Assembly: GCA_963826115.1 (NCBI GenBank)
Contig: CAWGVS010000012.1
Location: 48,202 to 112,201, forward strand
Length of the DNA stretch: 64,000 bases
From: an uncultured Candidatus Rokubacteria bacterium
GTDB lineage: Bacteria; Methylomirabilota; Methylomirabilia; Rokubacteriales; DASRDR01
Reading direction: 5' to 3'
A model generated the notes under the pieces. That model saw nothing but the letters and a program-made list of their open reading frames with translations. It did not search any database and had not been told where the DNA came from. Below are positions 20,373-29,739 of the stretch, piece after piece; within the stretch, counting starts at the first letter, position 1; each line of letters opens with the position of its first letter. The position numbers and the translations under genes were made by a program.

Positions 20373-21551
20373 CTAGCGGCGGCCCGCGCCGAGCAGCACG
20401 GCACCCGCGACGAGCGCGAAGCCGGCGCTACCCACGGCGACGCGGTCCCCGGCGATGCCGGCCACCGCGCCGAGCGCGAGCGGGCCGATGATCATGCCCG
20501 TGTCCATGGCGATCCGGTACACGGCGAAGTAGCCCGGCGGCATCGGGGTGCCGACACGGTCGGCCAGCACGATCGCCGGCACCATCCACACCGCGAACCC
20601 GCCACCCACCAGGACGAGTCCCAGGACGAAGACGGCGGGATGTGAGCCCACCGCGAGGACCAGCCCGCCCGCCGCCACCGCGCCGGCACCGAGGAAGAAG
20701 ACGGGCTCGCGGCGGATGCGGTCGATGACGAGCCCGACCCCGAGGAGCCCGGCGAGCTCCGCGGCGTACCCGGCGCTCAGCGCGAGGCCGATCGGACCCG
20801 CGGCGAGCCCGTACTGCGCGTGGCCGAGGAGGGGCGCCATGGTCGCGAAGAGTCCCGACCAGGTGAGCGAGAGGCTCAGGCTCGCGACGTACACGGGGAG
20901 AAGCCGCCCGTGCGCGAGCCGGTCGCGCGCCCGACCCGGCGTCGCGGCGTCCGCCGCGCGCCGGCCCGCCTCGGGGCCGAGGGCGCGGCCGGCGAACACG
21001 CAGAGCAGGAGCACCGGCCCCGCGCCCACGAACACGACGCGCCAGCCCAGGTGGCCCGCGACCCAGGCGCCGAGCGTGCTGCCGATCGCGAGACTCAGGA
21101 TCGCCATGCCCTCGAAGAGATTCGTGAGGCGGCCGCGCCAGGCCGGGGGCGCGGCCTCCAGCAGCTCGGCGAAGATCGCGAGGAACGCGGCCGACGCGCC
21201 GATCCCCATGACGAGCCGGGCCGCCAGGAACGCCGGGAAGCCCGGGGCGACCCCGCAGGCCACGACACCCACGACCAGGAGCGCGAGCCCGAGGAGGACG
21301 ACGGTGCGCGTGCCGCGGCGGGCGCGCAGCGCGCTCGCCGGGTAGCTCGCCCCGAGCCGGCCGAGCGCGTAGAGCGTGTTGACGAGGCCGGCCTGGATCG
21401 GCGACAGCCGCCACTCGTCGGCCATGAGCGGCAGGAGCGGCGGCACCATCCCGACGGTGAACGCGGTCAGGATGTCGACCGCGAACAGCGGCAGGAGCGG
21501 CCGCAGGAGGGAGCGGAAGGGCGCGGCGGCCGCGCCGAGCGGCGCTGCCAT
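20373..21551 (-). CDS. MFS transporter
   Basis: About 12 predicted TM segments and a GRLGASYP...RRGTR loop 2-3 motif. Confidence 0.85.
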   Translation of the reverse strand: MAAPLGAAAAPFRSLLRPLLPLFAVDILTAFTVGMVPPLLPLMADEWRLSPIQAGLVNTLYALGRLGASYPASALRARRGTRTVVLLGLALLVVGVVACGVAPGFPAFLAARLVMGIGASAAFLAIFAELLEAAPPAWRGRLTNLFEGMAILSLAIGSTLGAWVAGHLGWRVVFVGAGPVLLLCVFAGRALGPEAGRRAADAATPGRARDRLAHGRLLPVYVASLSLSLTWSGLFATMAPLLGHAQYGLAAGPIGLALSAGYAAELAGLLGVGLVIDRIRREPVFFLGAGAVAAGGLVLAVGSHPAVFVLGLVLVGGGFAVWMVPAIVLADRVGTPMPPGYFAVYRIAMDTGMIIGPLALGAVAGIAGDRVAVGSAGFALVAGAVLLGAGRR

Positions 21552-21647
21552 CAGGCCCGGGCGTCCAGGATCGGGATGCCGCGGCTCAGGACGGCCGGGC
21601 GCCCGGCATCGCCCGCCCGCCGGGCTCGGGGGCGACCGGGACGCGGC

Positions 21648-22151
21648 TCAGCGCCGCCGCCCGCCGGCGCGCCGGGCCTTGCCCTTCGCGGCGCCTCGGC
21701 GTCCCGACGTCCGGGCCGCGCGCCGTGAGGGCGCCGCCGACCTGCCCGGTCGCACCGCGATCGCTTCCACCTCGAGCAGCAGCTCCGGGCGCGCCAGCTC
21801 GACGACGACCATGCCGGTGTTCGCCGGATACACGCCGTCGGGGAAGAGCTGCGGGTACTCCGCCCGGCGCCATTCGGCGAACGGCGCCCAGTCCTGGCTC
21901 CGCACCAGGAACGTCGTGAACTTGACGACGTCGCGGAGACTGCAGCCCGCCTCGGCCAGGACCGCGGCGAGGTTCCGGTACACCTGGGTCGCCTGCACCT
22001 TGACGTCGCCCGCCCCGACCACGCGGCCCTCGGCGTCCATCGCCACCTGCCCGGCGACGAACACGAGGCGCGCCGGGTCCACCACGAACCCGGCCGAGTA
22101 CATGCCGATGGGCTTGCCGTCCGCCGTCGGCGCCAGCACCGTGCGTCCCAT
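21648..22151 (-). CDS. RidA (YjgF/YER057c/UK114) family protein with an Arg-rich C-terminal tail
   Basis: VFVAGQVAMD...QATQVYRNLAAVLAEAG..DVVKFTTFL...LLEVEAIAV. Confidence 0.85.
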   Translation of the reverse strand: MGRTVLAPTADGKPIGMYSAGFVVDPARLVFVAGQVAMDAEGRVVGAGDVKVQATQVYRNLAAVLAEAGCSLRDVVKFTTFLVRSQDWAPFAEWRRAEYPQLFPDGVYPANTGMVVVELARPELLLEVEAIAVRPGRSAAPSRRAARTSGRRGAAKGKARRAGGRRR

Positions 22152-22173
22152 GGATCCCTCCTCGACCCCGCGC

Positions 22174-22638
22174 TCAGCCCCGCCGGCGCCGCGGACGCCG
22201 GGGCGCCGGGCGTGCGCCTCCCCGCCGGCGGGCCACCGCCGCAGGGATGGCCGCGATCGCCCGGATCTCCACCATGAGCTCCGGGCGCGCGAGGGCCTTC
22301 ACCACGATGAACGATTGGGCCGGCAGCGGGTCGCCGAAGTACTCCTGCGCCACACGGCCGGCCGGCTCCATCAGCTCCGCGCTCGTCGCGTACACGGTCA
22401 TCTCCACCACGTCCCGGAGGTCGCCGCCCGCCTGGCGGAGGAGCGTCCGCACGTTCTCGATCGCCTGGCGGGTCTGGGCCGCGGGATCCCCGGCGCCGAC
22501 GAGCCGGCGGTCGGGCCCGTGGCGGTCGAACGCGACCTGGCCGGCCAGGAAGACGAGCCGCGCGCGCCCCTCGACCACGACGCCGTGGGAGAAGGGCCAG
22601 GGATGCGGCGCCTGCTTCGTGAGCACCGTGCGCTTCAT
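22174..22638 (-). CDS. RidA family protein (second tandem copy) with an Arg-rich C-terminal tail
   Basis: VFLAGQVAFD...QTRQAIENVRTLLRQAG..DVVEMTVY...MVEIRAIA. Confidence 0.85.
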   Translation of the reverse strand: MKRTVLTKQAPHPWPFSHGVVVEGRARLVFLAGQVAFDRHGPDRRLVGAGDPAAQTRQAIENVRTLLRQAGGDLRDVVEMTVYATSAELMEPAGRVAQEYFGDPLPAQSFIVVKALARPELMVEIRAIAAIPAAVARRRGGARPAPRRPRRRRG

Positions 22639-22648
22639 CGACCGTTCG

Positions 22649-23428
22649 CTACACGTCCCAGCCGCCGTCGACCGTGAGGCACTGCCCGGTCATGTTACGC
22701 GACTCGTCGGTGGAGAGGAACAACACCGCGTTCGCGACGTCCTCGGCCGTCGTGACGCGGCGCAGCGCCATCTCCTGCACGTACTCCTCGTAGACCTGCT
22801 CCGGCGTCCACCCGCGCTTCCGCGCCTTCTCGCGGCAGAGCCGGTCCATGCGCTCGCCCCCCACGATCCCCGGCGCGACGCAGTTGACGTTGATGCCGTG
22901 GGGCCCGACCTCGAGCGCGACGGTCCGCGTGAACCCGCGCACCGCCCACTTCGACGACGAGTAGGCCGCGCGGAGCTTGTAACCGCGAAGGCCGGACGTC
23001 CCCGCGATGTTGACGATCTTCCCCCGCCGCTGGCGCAGCATCACCGGCACGACGTGCTTGGTCGGGAGGAAGGTGCCGCGGAGGTTGATCGCGAGAAGGT
23101 CGTCCCAGTCCTCGACCCGGAGCTCCTGCACCGGCGTCTCGATGGGGCCCGTCCCCCCTGCGCAGTTCACCAGGACGTCGATGCGGGCGAAGGTCTTGAC
23201 GGCGCTCTCGACCATCGCCCGGACCTGCTCCTCGTCGCGGACGTCGGCGCGGACGACGAGGGTCCGCCGGCCGAGGGCCCGGGCCTCGGCGGCCACCGCC
23301 TCGAGCGGCGGCTCCTCGCGGGCGGCGAGGACGAGGTCCGCCCCCTCGCCCGCGAGGCGGAGCGAGATCGCCCGGCCCATGCCCTTCGCCGCGCCCGTCA
23401 CGAGCGCCGTCTGCCCGGCCATTCTCAT
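22649..23428 (-). CDS. SDR family oxidoreductase
   Basis: ATG 23428 forms an ATGA overlap with the hyuB stop. TGAAKGMG Rossmann motif and the YSSSK catalytic motif. Confidence 0.9.
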   Translation of the reverse strand: MRMAGQTALVTGAAKGMGRAISLRLAGEGADLVLAAREEPPLEAVAAEARALGRRTLVVRADVRDEEQVRAMVESAVKTFARIDVLVNCAGGTGPIETPVQELRVEDWDDLLAINLRGTFLPTKHVVPVMLRQRRGKIVNIAGTSGLRGYKLRAAYSSSKWAVRGFTRTVALEVGPHGINVNCVAPGIVGGERMDRLCREKARKRGWTPEQVYEEYVQEMALRRVTTAEDVANAVLFLSTDESRNMTGQCLTVDGGWDV

Positions 23429-25098
23429 CCCGGTCTCCCCTCGGACGGGGCCCCGTTGCCGGCGCGCCCGGGCGCGGCGACCACGATCCCCTCCAGCCGG
23501 TCGGCGGCCTCGCACTCCGCGGCGCGGGCGGCGGGGTCGCCGTAGCCGCCGCCCCCGCAGGTGTCGATCACCACGACGTCGCCCGCCCGGAGACGCACGG
23601 TCTCCTTCCCCTTGATGTCCTTTGCGGTCCCGTCGCGCTCGAGCGTGATGCGGTAGGGGGCGCCGGGCGCGCCGCCGAACGCGCCCCACGGCGGGATGAC
23701 CCGCCGCTCGAGCATCGTCGTGAGCGTCGCGTCGGTGAGCACCCGGTAGGCGCGCGTGAAGCCGCAGCCGCCGCGGTGGGCGCCGGCGCCCCCGCTCCCG
23801 GGGCGGAGCGCCTGGCGCAGGATCTCGATCGGGTACTCGGTCTCGATCACCTCGATCGGCGTGTTCATGACGTTGGACATGTGGACGCGCATCGCGTGGC
23901 CGCCGTCCCGCCGGGCCCCCGCGCCCTCCCCGCCCCCGTGCACCTCGTAGAGGATGCGCCACCGCCCGCCCTGGCGGGCGCCGAAGAGGAGCAACCCCGA
24001 CGTGGTCGGGCCGCCGGCGGTGATGCGCTCGGGGATCGCCGACGCCAGCGCCTTGAAGCACGCGTCCACCGCGCGCTGCGACGTCTCGTGGTTGCCGCCG
24101 ACGACGGGCGCGTCGAGCGGCGGGTTGAGGATCGTGCCCTCGGGCACGTGCACGGTGATCGGCCCGTAGCAGCCGTCGTTCGCCGGCACGTCGGGGGCGA
24201 CCAGCGCCTTCAGGCTGTAGTAGACCGCCGAGGCGGCGATGAACCGGGTCGCGTTGATGGGGCCGGCCACCGCCGCGCCGGTCCCCGCGAAGTCGAACCC
24301 CGCGCGCTCGCCCCGCACCGTGACGGTCACCCGAACCGGCACCGGGCGGTCCTCGTGGCCGTCGTCGTCGACCCAGTCCTCGCCGTGGTAGACGCCGTCG
24401 GGGATGGCGCGGATCGCGCGCCGCATGGCGGCATCCGACTCCGCACGGAAGCGGTCGAAGCAGCCGAGGGCCGTCGGGGCGCCGTAGCGGTCGAAGAGCT
24501 CGCCGAGGCGGCGGGCCCCGACCTCGACCGCGGAGTACATGGCGCGGCAGTCGCCCTCGCGCTCCTCGCGGCCGCGGAGGTTCGACATGATGAGGTCGAA
24601 GGCGCGCGTGGGCCCCTTCCGGTCGAACACCTTGATCGGCGCGATCCGGAGCCCCTCCTGGACGGCCTCGTCGGCCCACGGCACGTACGAGCCCGGGACG
24701 GCGCCGCCGATGTCCGCCCAGTGCGCGAGGTTGATGGCGAACGCCGCGAGCCGCCCGCCGGCGAACACCGGCCGGATCGCCTTCACGTCGGGCAGGTGGT
24801 TGCCGCCGACCTCCGGGAGGTTCAGGTACCACACGTCCCCGTCGCGGAGCTCGCGGCGCGGCACGCGCCGGAGGAACTCCTTCACGGTGAACGCCATCAC
24901 GCCCAGGTGGATCGGGATGTCCCGCCCCTGCGCGATGAGCCGCCCGCGGGCGTCGGTGAGCGCGCTCGAGAGATCGCCCGCCTCCTTGAGCAGCGGCGAG
25001 CGCGCCGAGCGCATGATGATGAGGCTCATCTCCTCCGCGATCGCGTAGATCGCGTGGCGGACGACCTCGAGCGTCACCGGACTGAGCGGCGGGCTCAC
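23425..25098 (-). CDS. hyuB: Hydantoinase B / oxoprolinase family protein
   Basis: GTG 25098 forms a GTGA overlap with the hyuA stop. The N-terminus PVTLEVVRHAIYAIAEEM and the length (557 aa) are typical of HyuB. Confidence 0.9.
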   Translation of the reverse strand: MSPPLSPVTLEVVRHAIYAIAEEMSLIIMRSARSPLLKEAGDLSSALTDARGRLIAQGRDIPIHLGVMAFTVKEFLRRVPRRELRDGDVWYLNLPEVGGNHLPDVKAIRPVFAGGRLAAFAINLAHWADIGGAVPGSYVPWADEAVQEGLRIAPIKVFDRKGPTRAFDLIMSNLRGREEREGDCRAMYSAVEVGARRLGELFDRYGAPTALGCFDRFRAESDAAMRRAIRAIPDGVYHGEDWVDDDGHEDRPVPVRVTVTVRGERAGFDFAGTGAAVAGPINATRFIAASAVYYSLKALVAPDVPANDGCYGPITVHVPEGTILNPPLDAPVVGGNHETSQRAVDACFKALASAIPERITAGGPTTSGLLLFGARQGGRWRILYEVHGGGEGAGARRDGGHAMRVHMSNVMNTPIEVIETEYPIEILRQALRPGSGGAGAHRGGCGFTRAYRVLTDATLTTMLERRVIPPWGAFGGAPGAPYRITLERDGTAKDIKGKETVRLRAGDVVVIDTCGGGGYGDPAARAAECEAADRLEGIVVAAPGRAGNGAPSEGRPG

Positions 25099-27116
25099 AG
25101 CCGCACCCCCATCGACCGGAGGTCGGGCACCGCGCCCATCCACAGGTTCCCGGCCCGGTCGAGGACGCTGGTGTGCCCCGGGTACACGAGGGTCGTGGCC
25201 CAGGGATCCTCGATGAGCGCGGGACCCTTGAGCGGGTGCTCGGGCGGGACGTCCTCCCGCCGGTACACGGGGAGCGCGGTGCGCCCGGTCTCCGGGAGGT
25301 ACGCCTCGTGCTCCGAGAACGGCTGGGCGCGCCCGGTGGTCGGCCACTCCGGGAGGCGCGCGCCCGCCGCCTCGACGGCCGCGCGCACGCGCAGGTTCAC
25401 GCACTCCACGGCGTCGTCGGTCGCGTACGCGTAGAGCCGCCGGTGGAGCGCGTGGAAGCCCGCGCGGAGCGCGTCGAGGTCGCCGGCCCACGTGACCTCG
25501 AGCTCGTAGTTCTGCCCCACGTAGCGGACGTCGACGCTCCGCCGCACCTCGACGGTCTCCAGGGGATGGCCCTCGGCGAGGAGCGGCCCGCGGACCGCGT
25601 CCACGAGGAGCGCGAAGCGAGTGTCGAGCTCGGTCGCCTCGAGCCCCGCGAGCGGCCGGCGGAAGGTCTGCACGTGGTCGTATGCGACCTCGGCGACGAC
25701 GCAGCCCAGCGCCGAGAACACGCCGGCGTGCGCGGGGACGACGACGCCGGGCATGCCGAGCTCCTGCGCAAGCCGCCCCGCGTGGAGCGGGCCCGCGCCG
25801 CCGTACGCGATCAGCGCGAAAGTCCGGAGGTCGTGGCCCCGCTGCACGGAGATCAGGCGGATCGCGCGGCGCATCGCGGCGTTGGCGACCTCGAGGACGC
25901 CGGCGGCCGCCTCGGCGAGACCGAGGCCGAGGGCGCGCGCGACCGGCTCGATCGCTGCCCGGGCCCGCCCCGCGTCCACGCGGATCGTCTCGCCCAGGAC
26001 CGCATCGCCCCGGAGGGTACCGGCCGCCGCGTGGGCGTCGGTGACGGTGGGCGCCGTCCCGCCCTGCCCGTAGCAGGCCGGCCCCGGGCGCGCGCCCGCG
26101 CTCTCCGGCCCCACCCGGAGCCCCGCGCCGTCGGCCCGGGCCAGCGAGCCGCCGCCGGCGCCGATCGACTCGACGCCGACGGAGGGCAGCCGCACGGGGT
26201 GGCCGCCCAGCCGTCGCTGCGGCAGGGACTCGGCCCGCCCGTCGGCGATCAGGCACACGTCCGTGGTCGTGCCGCCCATATCGAAGGCGATGGCGTTGCG
26301 GAGCCCGACCGCGCGCGCGAGGAAGCGCGACGCCGCCACGCCGCCCGCGGGGCCCGACACGGCCATGGCGAGCGGCCGGCGCCGGGCGACCGCCGCCGAC
26401 ATCATGCCGCCGTTCGACTGGAGGAGGTGGAGCGTCGCGCCGATGCCCGCCCGCGCGAGCGACGCCTCCAGGTCGGCGAGGTAGCGGTCGGCGACCGGCA
26501 TGACCGCGGCGTTCAGCGCCGTCGTCGACGTGCGCTCGTACTCCCGGAACTCCGCGTTGATCTCGTGGGACACCGACACGAACGGCACGTGCCCCTCGAG
26601 CGCGGCGCGGAGGCGCGCCTCGTGGGCCGGATGCGCGTAGGCGTGGAGGAGACAGACGGCCACGGCCTCTACGCCGCTGGCGCGGAGCGCCGCCGCCAGG
26701 GCCGGCAGCTCGTCCTCGGCCAGGGGGACGGCGATGCGGCCGTCGCCCAGGACGCGCTCGGTCACCTCGAGGCGAAGATGGCGGGGCACGAGCGGCGCGG
26801 GGCGGGGCGGGACGTCCAGGCGGTAGAGCTCCTGGCGACTCTGCCGCGCGATCTCCAGCACGTCCCGGAAGCCGCGCGTCGTGACGAGCGCGGTGCGCGC
26901 GTGCCGCCCCTCGACGATGGCGTTGGTCACGATCGTCGTGCCGTGGGCGATGGAGCCGGCACCCGGCGCCAGCGCCCCGAGCCCGGCCAGGACGCCGCGC
27001 GCCGGGGCCTCGGGGGTCGTGAGCACCTTGAGCGAGCGAACGGCGCCGGATGCGGTGTCGACGGCGACGAGGTCGGTGAACGTGCCGCCGACGTCGATCC
27101 CGACGCGGACGCTCAC
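25095..27116 (-). CDS. hyuA: Hydantoinase A / oxoprolinase family protein
   Basis: GTG 27116 gives VSVRVGIDVGGTFTDLV, the canonical HyuA N-terminus. Length is 673 aa. Confidence 0.9.
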   Translation of the reverse strand: MSVRVGIDVGGTFTDLVAVDTASGAVRSLKVLTTPEAPARGVLAGLGALAPGAGSIAHGTTIVTNAIVEGRHARTALVTTRGFRDVLEIARQSRQELYRLDVPPRPAPLVPRHLRLEVTERVLGDGRIAVPLAEDELPALAAALRASGVEAVAVCLLHAYAHPAHEARLRAALEGHVPFVSVSHEINAEFREYERTSTTALNAAVMPVADRYLADLEASLARAGIGATLHLLQSNGGMMSAAVARRRPLAMAVSGPAGGVAASRFLARAVGLRNAIAFDMGGTTTDVCLIADGRAESLPQRRLGGHPVRLPSVGVESIGAGGGSLARADGAGLRVGPESAGARPGPACYGQGGTAPTVTDAHAAAGTLRGDAVLGETIRVDAGRARAAIEPVARALGLGLAEAAAGVLEVANAAMRRAIRLISVQRGHDLRTFALIAYGGAGPLHAGRLAQELGMPGVVVPAHAGVFSALGCVVAEVAYDHVQTFRRPLAGLEATELDTRFALLVDAVRGPLLAEGHPLETVEVRRSVDVRYVGQNYELEVTWAGDLDALRAGFHALHRRLYAYATDDAVECVNLRVRAAVEAAGARLPEWPTTGRAQPFSEHEAYLPETGRTALPVYRREDVPPEHPLKGPALIEDPWATTLVYPGHTSVLDRAGNLWMGAVPDLRSMGVRL

Positions 27117-27283
27117 CGCATCACTCGCGCGCGGTCGGCAGGGAACGGAGCACGGGGCGGGTCCGCATCGCGCCTCCTCGGACGCGCTCGCGGCACGCGC
27201 GGAGCGACGACCGAATTCGTGCGAATCATAGGAGGGCGCCTGGGACGTGTCAACGGCCACGGCCTCGAGAGCGGAGGACTCCG

Positions 27284-27604
27284 ATGCCCGAGTTCATCTA
27301 CCGGATCCAGCCGACGCGTCTCGCGATGCTGATGGGCGCGCCCACCCCGGAGGAACAGGCCGTCGTCGCCGCGCACCGCGCCTACCTCGACCGGCAGGCG
27401 GCGGCGGGCGTCGTCCTCCTCTTCGGGCGCACCGCGACCGCGGACGCCGCCACGTTCGGGATCGTGATCCTGCGCGCGGACTCCGCGGACGCGGCGCGCC
27501 AGGTCATGGCCGACGACCCGGCGGTGCGGGACGGCGTCATGCGCGGCGAGCTGTTCCCGTTCCGCCTGATCGGCGTCGGGCCCGGGCTCGCCGCGGGCCC
27601 GTGA
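27284..27604 (+). CDS. YciI family protein
   Basis: 106 aa. The pattern AHRAYL...GVVLLFGRT...ADDPAV..GV...ELFPF fits YciI. GGAGGA SD upstream. Confidence 0.8.
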   Translation: MPEFIYRIQPTRLAMLMGAPTPEEQAVVAAHRAYLDRQAAAGVVLLFGRTATADAATFGIVILRADSADAARQVMADDPAVRDGVMRGELFPFRLIGVGPGLAAGP

Positions 27605-28508
27605 CCCGCGGCCGACGGCCGCCGGGTCGGCGACGCGCCGCGCGGGGCTCCGTCCCGTCGAGGGCGTCGCCGCCGACCTCCATCGACAACCCCTCGGTGC
27701 CGGCCACGATCTCGAACGGGAACGCGGCGCCCGCGCGGGCCTCCTCGAGGAGGCGGGTCAGCGTGGCGTCGTCGTGCTCGGGGTCGTGGTGGAAGGTGAC
27801 CAGGCATCGCACGCCCGCGGCGGTGGCGAGCGCCAGCATGTGCGTCAGCGCGCTGTGCCCCCACCCGATGTGCTCGGCGTACTCCGCCGCGCTGTACTGG
27901 GCGTCGTGGACCAGCACGTCGACGCCCGCGGCCAGCGCGAACCCCGAGATCCAGTCGGGGGCGGCCGGCAGCCGCCCGAGCCCGAGCGCCGGCTCGTGGT
28001 CGGGGACGTACGCGAGCGTGGCGCCGTCGGCGGTGATCCGGTACCCGACCGTGGGGCCGGGGTGACAGACGAGCGCGGCACTGACCTGGAACGGGCCGAT
28101 CTCGAACGCCTCGAGAGGCACGTCGTGCAGGGTGAGGCGGCACGGGAGCTCGCGGAGGCGCAACGGGAACAGGGGCGGCGACAGGTAGCGCGTGAGCCGC
28201 TCCCGGAGGGCCTGCGTGGTCGACGGCGGGCCCCAGAGGTGGACCTCGCGGTCCGGCTCGAAGAAGGGGGCGAAGAACCCGAGCCCCTGAATGTGGTCCA
28301 TGTGGAGGTGGGTCAGGAGGACGTCCACGCGGCGCGTCTCGGCGCGGAGCGCCACGCCCAGGCGCCGCGCGCCCGTCCCCGCGTCGAGGACGAGCACGCT
28401 GCCGTCGGCGGCCCGCACCTCGGCGCAGGATGTGTTGCCGCCGTACTGGACCGTCTCGGGCCCGGCCGCCGCGACGGACCCGCGCGTGCCCCAGAGGGTG
28501 AGCCTCAC
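27537..28508 (-). CDS. MBL-fold metallo-hydrolase
   Basis: GTG 28508 forms a GTGA overlap with the PAS gene stop. THLHMDHIQG (HxHxDH) plus downstream His/Asp ligands. The 3' tail overlaps the convergent YciI gene. Confidence 0.85.
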   Translation of the reverse strand: MRLTLWGTRGSVAAAGPETVQYGGNTSCAEVRAADGSVLVLDAGTGARRLGVALRAETRRVDVLLTHLHMDHIQGLGFFAPFFEPDREVHLWGPPSTTQALRERLTRYLSPPLFPLRLRELPCRLTLHDVPLEAFEIGPFQVSAALVCHPGPTVGYRITADGATLAYVPDHEPALGLGRLPAAPDWISGFALAAGVDVLVHDAQYSAAEYAEHIGWGHSALTHMLALATAAGVRCLVTFHHDPEHDDATLTRLLEEARAGAAFPFEIVAGTEGLSMEVGGDALDGTEPRAARRRPGGRRPRVTGPRRARARRRSGGTGTARRA

Positions 28509-28900
28509 GTCGGCCGCTCCTCCCAGAAGATGGCCACGGCGCCCAGGCGGCGGCCCCCCTGCCCTTCGAGCGGGAGCGCGGTGACGGCGATGCGCCGCGC
28601 CACGCCGTCGAGGCCCCGGATGACGAGGGTCCGGTGGGCCGGGTGCCACTTGAGGAGCGCGGCGGCGAGCGGGACTTCCTCCGCTCGCACCGGGCTCCCG
28701 TCGGGCGTCGTCGGCGTGAAGACCGTCGACCACTCGGCGACCGGCATCTCCCCGGTCTCGTCGTACCGTCGCCCGAGGAGGCGCTCCGCCGGCTCGTTGT
28801 AGTAGAGGAGGTTCCCCTCCGGGTCGACGAGGAAGATCGGCACCGCGAGGTAGCTCGCAAGCTGCCGCATGAGGATGAGCTCGACGGCCTTCTGTGCCAT
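28505..28900 (-). CDS. PAS domain-containing protein (single domain, 131 aa)
   Basis: PIFLVDPEGNLLYYNEPAERLLG...RRIAVTALPL is PAS-fold-like. The gene is translationally coupled to the MBL hydrolase. Confidence 0.7.
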   Translation of the reverse strand: MAQKAVELILMRQLASYLAVPIFLVDPEGNLLYYNEPAERLLGRRYDETGEMPVAEWSTVFTPTTPDGSPVRAEEVPLAAALLKWHPAHRTLVIRGLDGVARRIAVTALPLEGQGGRRLGAVAIFWEERPT

Positions 28901-29057
28901 CGCTCGACTCCTCCCGCCCGACGCGCCTCGGGGCCGCGCCGGGGCATCCGCTCAGTCGAGACCGGGCAGCCGGTCGAAGATGGACGGCGACGAGCGCGTG
29001 TGGAGGTCGATCGCCCCGCGGAAGAGCTCGTGACAGCGGGCCATCACGCCTGGCCCC

Positions 29058-29738
29058 TCACCGCGCGGGAGCGAGCCAGTCGGCCAGCTCGCGGAGCGTC
29101 GGGAACTCCCGGTCCACGCGGGCGCCGTCGTCCGGGGTGTCCCCGTTGCGGTTGATCCACGCCTGCGGGATGCCCTGGGCGCGAGCCGGCACCATGTCGT
29201 GGAAGTAACCCTGGCCCACGTGGAGCCAGCGCCGCGCGCCGATGGCCCGGCGCGCGGCTTCGAAGTGCGGGCGCGCGGGCTTGTACGCGCGCACCTGCTG
29301 CGCGGTGACGAGGAGCTCGAAGGCCACGGTGAGATGCCGCCGGGTCCCGGCCAGGAGGTCATCGTCGACGTTCGACAGGATGCCGAGGGCGTAGCCCGCG
29401 CCGTGGAGGCGCTCGAGCGCCGCGTTGGTGTCGGCGAACGGCACCCAGTCCGGGAGGCTCTCCGCCAGGAACGACGCGCGCGCGGGATCGAGGCGCCAGC
29501 CGAGGCGCGCCGCGACGCCCTGCGCGGACTCCGCCAGCACCTCCCGATACGGCCGGTACCCGCCGGCCTCGACTTCCCGCTCCGCGGCCATGTACGCGCG
29601 GATGATCGCCGCCCGCTCGAGGCGGAGGCCGTCGGCCCACGCCGCCCGCATGATCGCGGTGGCGAGCCCGCCCTCCCAGTCGACGAGGGTGCCGTAGCAG
29701 TCGAACGTCAGGACGTCGTACGGCCGGGCGGTCGTCAT
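29058..29738 (-). CDS. HAD family hydrolase, haloacid dehalogenase type II-like
   Basis: DVLTFDCYGTLVDWE (DxYGT motif I), SNVDD, and KP..PHF. Confidence 0.85.
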   Translation of the reverse strand: MTTARPYDVLTFDCYGTLVDWEGGLATAIMRAAWADGLRLERAAIIRAYMAAEREVEAGGYRPYREVLAESAQGVAARLGWRLDPARASFLAESLPDWVPFADTNAALERLHGAGYALGILSNVDDDLLAGTRRHLTVAFELLVTAQQVRAYKPARPHFEAARRAIGARRWLHVGQGYFHDMVPARAQGIPQAWINRNGDTPDDGARVDREFPTLRELADWLAPAR

Positions 29739-29739
29739 G

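Noticed and set aside
21575-21600. Short perfect GC palindromes such as GCCGGGCGCCCGGC (also CCGGGCGCGCCCGG near 60112)
   Set aside because: Such palindromes are frequent by chance in DNA this GC-rich. They have no consistent position relative to genes apart from the hairpins listed as terminator candidates.
27537-27604. 68-nt convergent overlap of the YciI and MBL-hydrolase 3' ends
   Set aside because: The most likely cause is a late stop codon extending the MBL gene with an Arg-rich tail. I have no evidence for functional antisense regulation.
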